Below, piece by piece: positions 1 through 64,000 of a stretch of 64,000 nt of DNA. The DNA comes from Octopus bimaculoides (Eukaryota). Position 1 is the stretch's first letter; each line of letters opens with the position of its first letter. The DNA lies in NCBI RefSeq assembly GCF_001194135.2, contig NC_069002.1, positions 15,232,689 through 15,296,688 of the forward strand, given 5' to 3'. The notes below the pieces were generated by a model. That model made no database searches and was not told the origin of the DNA. It saw only the letters and a program-made list of their open reading frames with translations. The position numbers and the translations under genes were made by a program.

Positions 1-546
1 AGAAGATTTTAGTGTGGTCACATGACCAGCTTGCAACCAAATTTTCCTTCATCCCACATGTTACATCCTACCATCTTAAAAATAAGAATGGGAATCCATG
101 GATAACATAGTGCCAGTTTTTTTCTAAATCTTAGATGAGATGGTCAAGGCTGGAATATCTCTAATCCTTACTCTTGCTCAACAACAAACCAATGAGTCAG
201 TCTTTACCACATTACTTGACATGCCAGAAATAGTAAGTACATATTACAATTTTAATAAAAATGAAAGACACAATGGACATTGTAGTTTTTAATATGAAAA
301 AAAAAAGAACAAGATGGTCATGGCTAGAATCCCTTTGTTCAAAGCTCTGCTTGAACAGGAATAGCAAACCTTCTAACTGGCCTCTGCCACATGGTTGCTT
401 TTTATCCAATTCCATTGACAACACTTTGGTAAATCTAAAATTATGACATAAGACATTTGTCCAGGTTGTCATACAGTAGGAGTGAATGAGAATCATACAA
501 TTACAATCAAGGAATAAACAAAAACAACAACAACAAATGTGTTTAC

Positions 547-62644
<62,098 letters not shown>

Positions 62645-62864
62645 CTAAAATGAGAAATCACATTAGCAATAAACAAATTTGAGATTTGCCAGAAAATTAA
62701 TTGGTTAAACACAAATGTTCACACAAATGCATCATCATCACCATCACTTTTTTTTGTCTGCTTTTTCTCTTTTTATGCTGTCATGGGTTGGACGACACTT
62801 CTTAAGGCAATAATCTAAGGCTAGGGAGCCATTCCTGTTACCAATCAATCCTTCCATTTTTTTC

Positions 62865-63130
62865 AAGGTATCTTTTGTATCACTCAGTCCTTTCACATCA
62901 AACTGTTGATAAAGAGACACGAGGACAGCTGTATAAAGAAGCCCTGGTTCCTTAAAGTGAATGGAACTTGTGGAAGATAGAAACCCAGAAAGATATGGGA
63001 TGAAGTAGTGAGGGCTGATCTCAAGATGTTGAGCCTCACAAAAATGACAAAGGATAGAGAAGATCAGAAGTTCACTGTGTGTGAGGAGATTGTCTATCAC
63101 AGCAATAGTGAGATCCAAAAAGCATTATGT
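62865..63130 (+). mobile_element. RTE LINE C-terminal fragment
   Basis: Similar to about 10050-10230: ...RKIWDEVVRADLKMLSL... Confidence 0.65.
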
Positions 63131-63554
63131 TCATACCTGTTCATGCTAGGTCCTGCTCCTGTACCCAATCTGCTCCCACCAAGCACTCCCACATATCTCG
63201 TCCTCTTCCCACCCAACCTTGTATCACTCTTCTATGACAGTACTTAACTGCTGTCATTGCATGTGAACAGAATCAACACATATTTCATTCCAATCCTTTT
63301 TGGCACTAACAGTTACCCACTTTTTCCTCCCAAACTACTTCCTTTGAAACCTCATTTCTCATTCCAATTATTATCCCTCTCCACACTACTTTATGCTGGT
63401 CATCCCTTTTTCTGTACCTTCAGTTATCTTTCCCTCCCACCTGAACTACATCTTAGGACTGCCATACGCTATCTTCAACACCTCTCAAAGGTGCTATGAT
63501 TTTTAATACATCCTTCAATCTGTCATTCATGATCCCCACTGTCAGTGTTGCCTT

Positions 63555-63625
63555 ATTTACTGAAATTTCATTTCAACAGAAGTTACAACAATATGTCCTT
63601 TTGTTGAAATGAAATTTCAGTAAAT
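63555..63625. repeat. Compact hairpin (24-bp perfect stem extended by 4 bp, 15-nt loop)
   Basis: atttactgaaatttcatttcaaca is the exact reverse complement of tgttgaaatgaaatttcagtaaat. Confidence 0.85.
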
Positions 63626-64000
63626 TTCTATATCTTTGTGCAGCTGATGATTGCTCTGCATTTTACATTTAATTTAATGTTCACATTGCTTAAATAAATG
63701 GAGTCGCATGAAACGATCGTACTGCATTAACTTTGGATATCCTTGTTGCTTATTTTGATTTTATATATATATAATTTCAGGCCTTGTGCCTACAATAGAA
63801 AGGATTATTAGCAGTGGAGGTGGTTGCTTCAAAAGTATAGCTGTCAAGGTAACACTGGGTTAGAGAAGGTATTACGTCTGCTGACAACAAAGGTCTTCTC
63901 CTGCAGAATGACAAGCAGATTGTACCTTCAACCATTAGTACTTAATTTTCTCTAATTTCACCCTTTGTTTAGTACCAACTAAAACGCTCTCAGCTGGGCC

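Overview
Eukaryotic, AT-rich, repeat-dense genomic DNA with seven N-gaps. The SINE families, (CA)/(TA)/(CAT)n microsatellite load and transposon mix suggest an octopus genome; that assignment is my inference. No prokaryotic features (operons, CRISPR, rRNA) are present, and most of the supplied ORF track is repeat noise. The window lies inside one large minus-strand gene that runs off both ends. I traced 23 exons by hand with GT-AG sites and compatible intron phases (3673 nt, about 1224 aa, no stop codon). They encode a secreted, Cys-rich VWDE-like (von Willebrand factor D and EGF domain) protein with this order: end of repeat unit 1, two PAN/Apple domains, then a complete repeat unit 2 (beta-rich domains, VWD, WPT-x-SG helical region, EGF, Cys-rich beta domain, Cys-rich tail). 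The two units share exon boundaries, except that unit 1 has a 15-nt microexon, and the one VWD visible lacks the D-P-H motif. The introns hold at least four SINE families, an RTE LINE, RLE-type non-LTR and Penelope-like fragments, an internally deleted Ty3/Gypsy element, mariner relics and several MITEs. They also contain two hammerhead-ribozyme-like motifs in the host-sense orientation and long fold-back hairpins.
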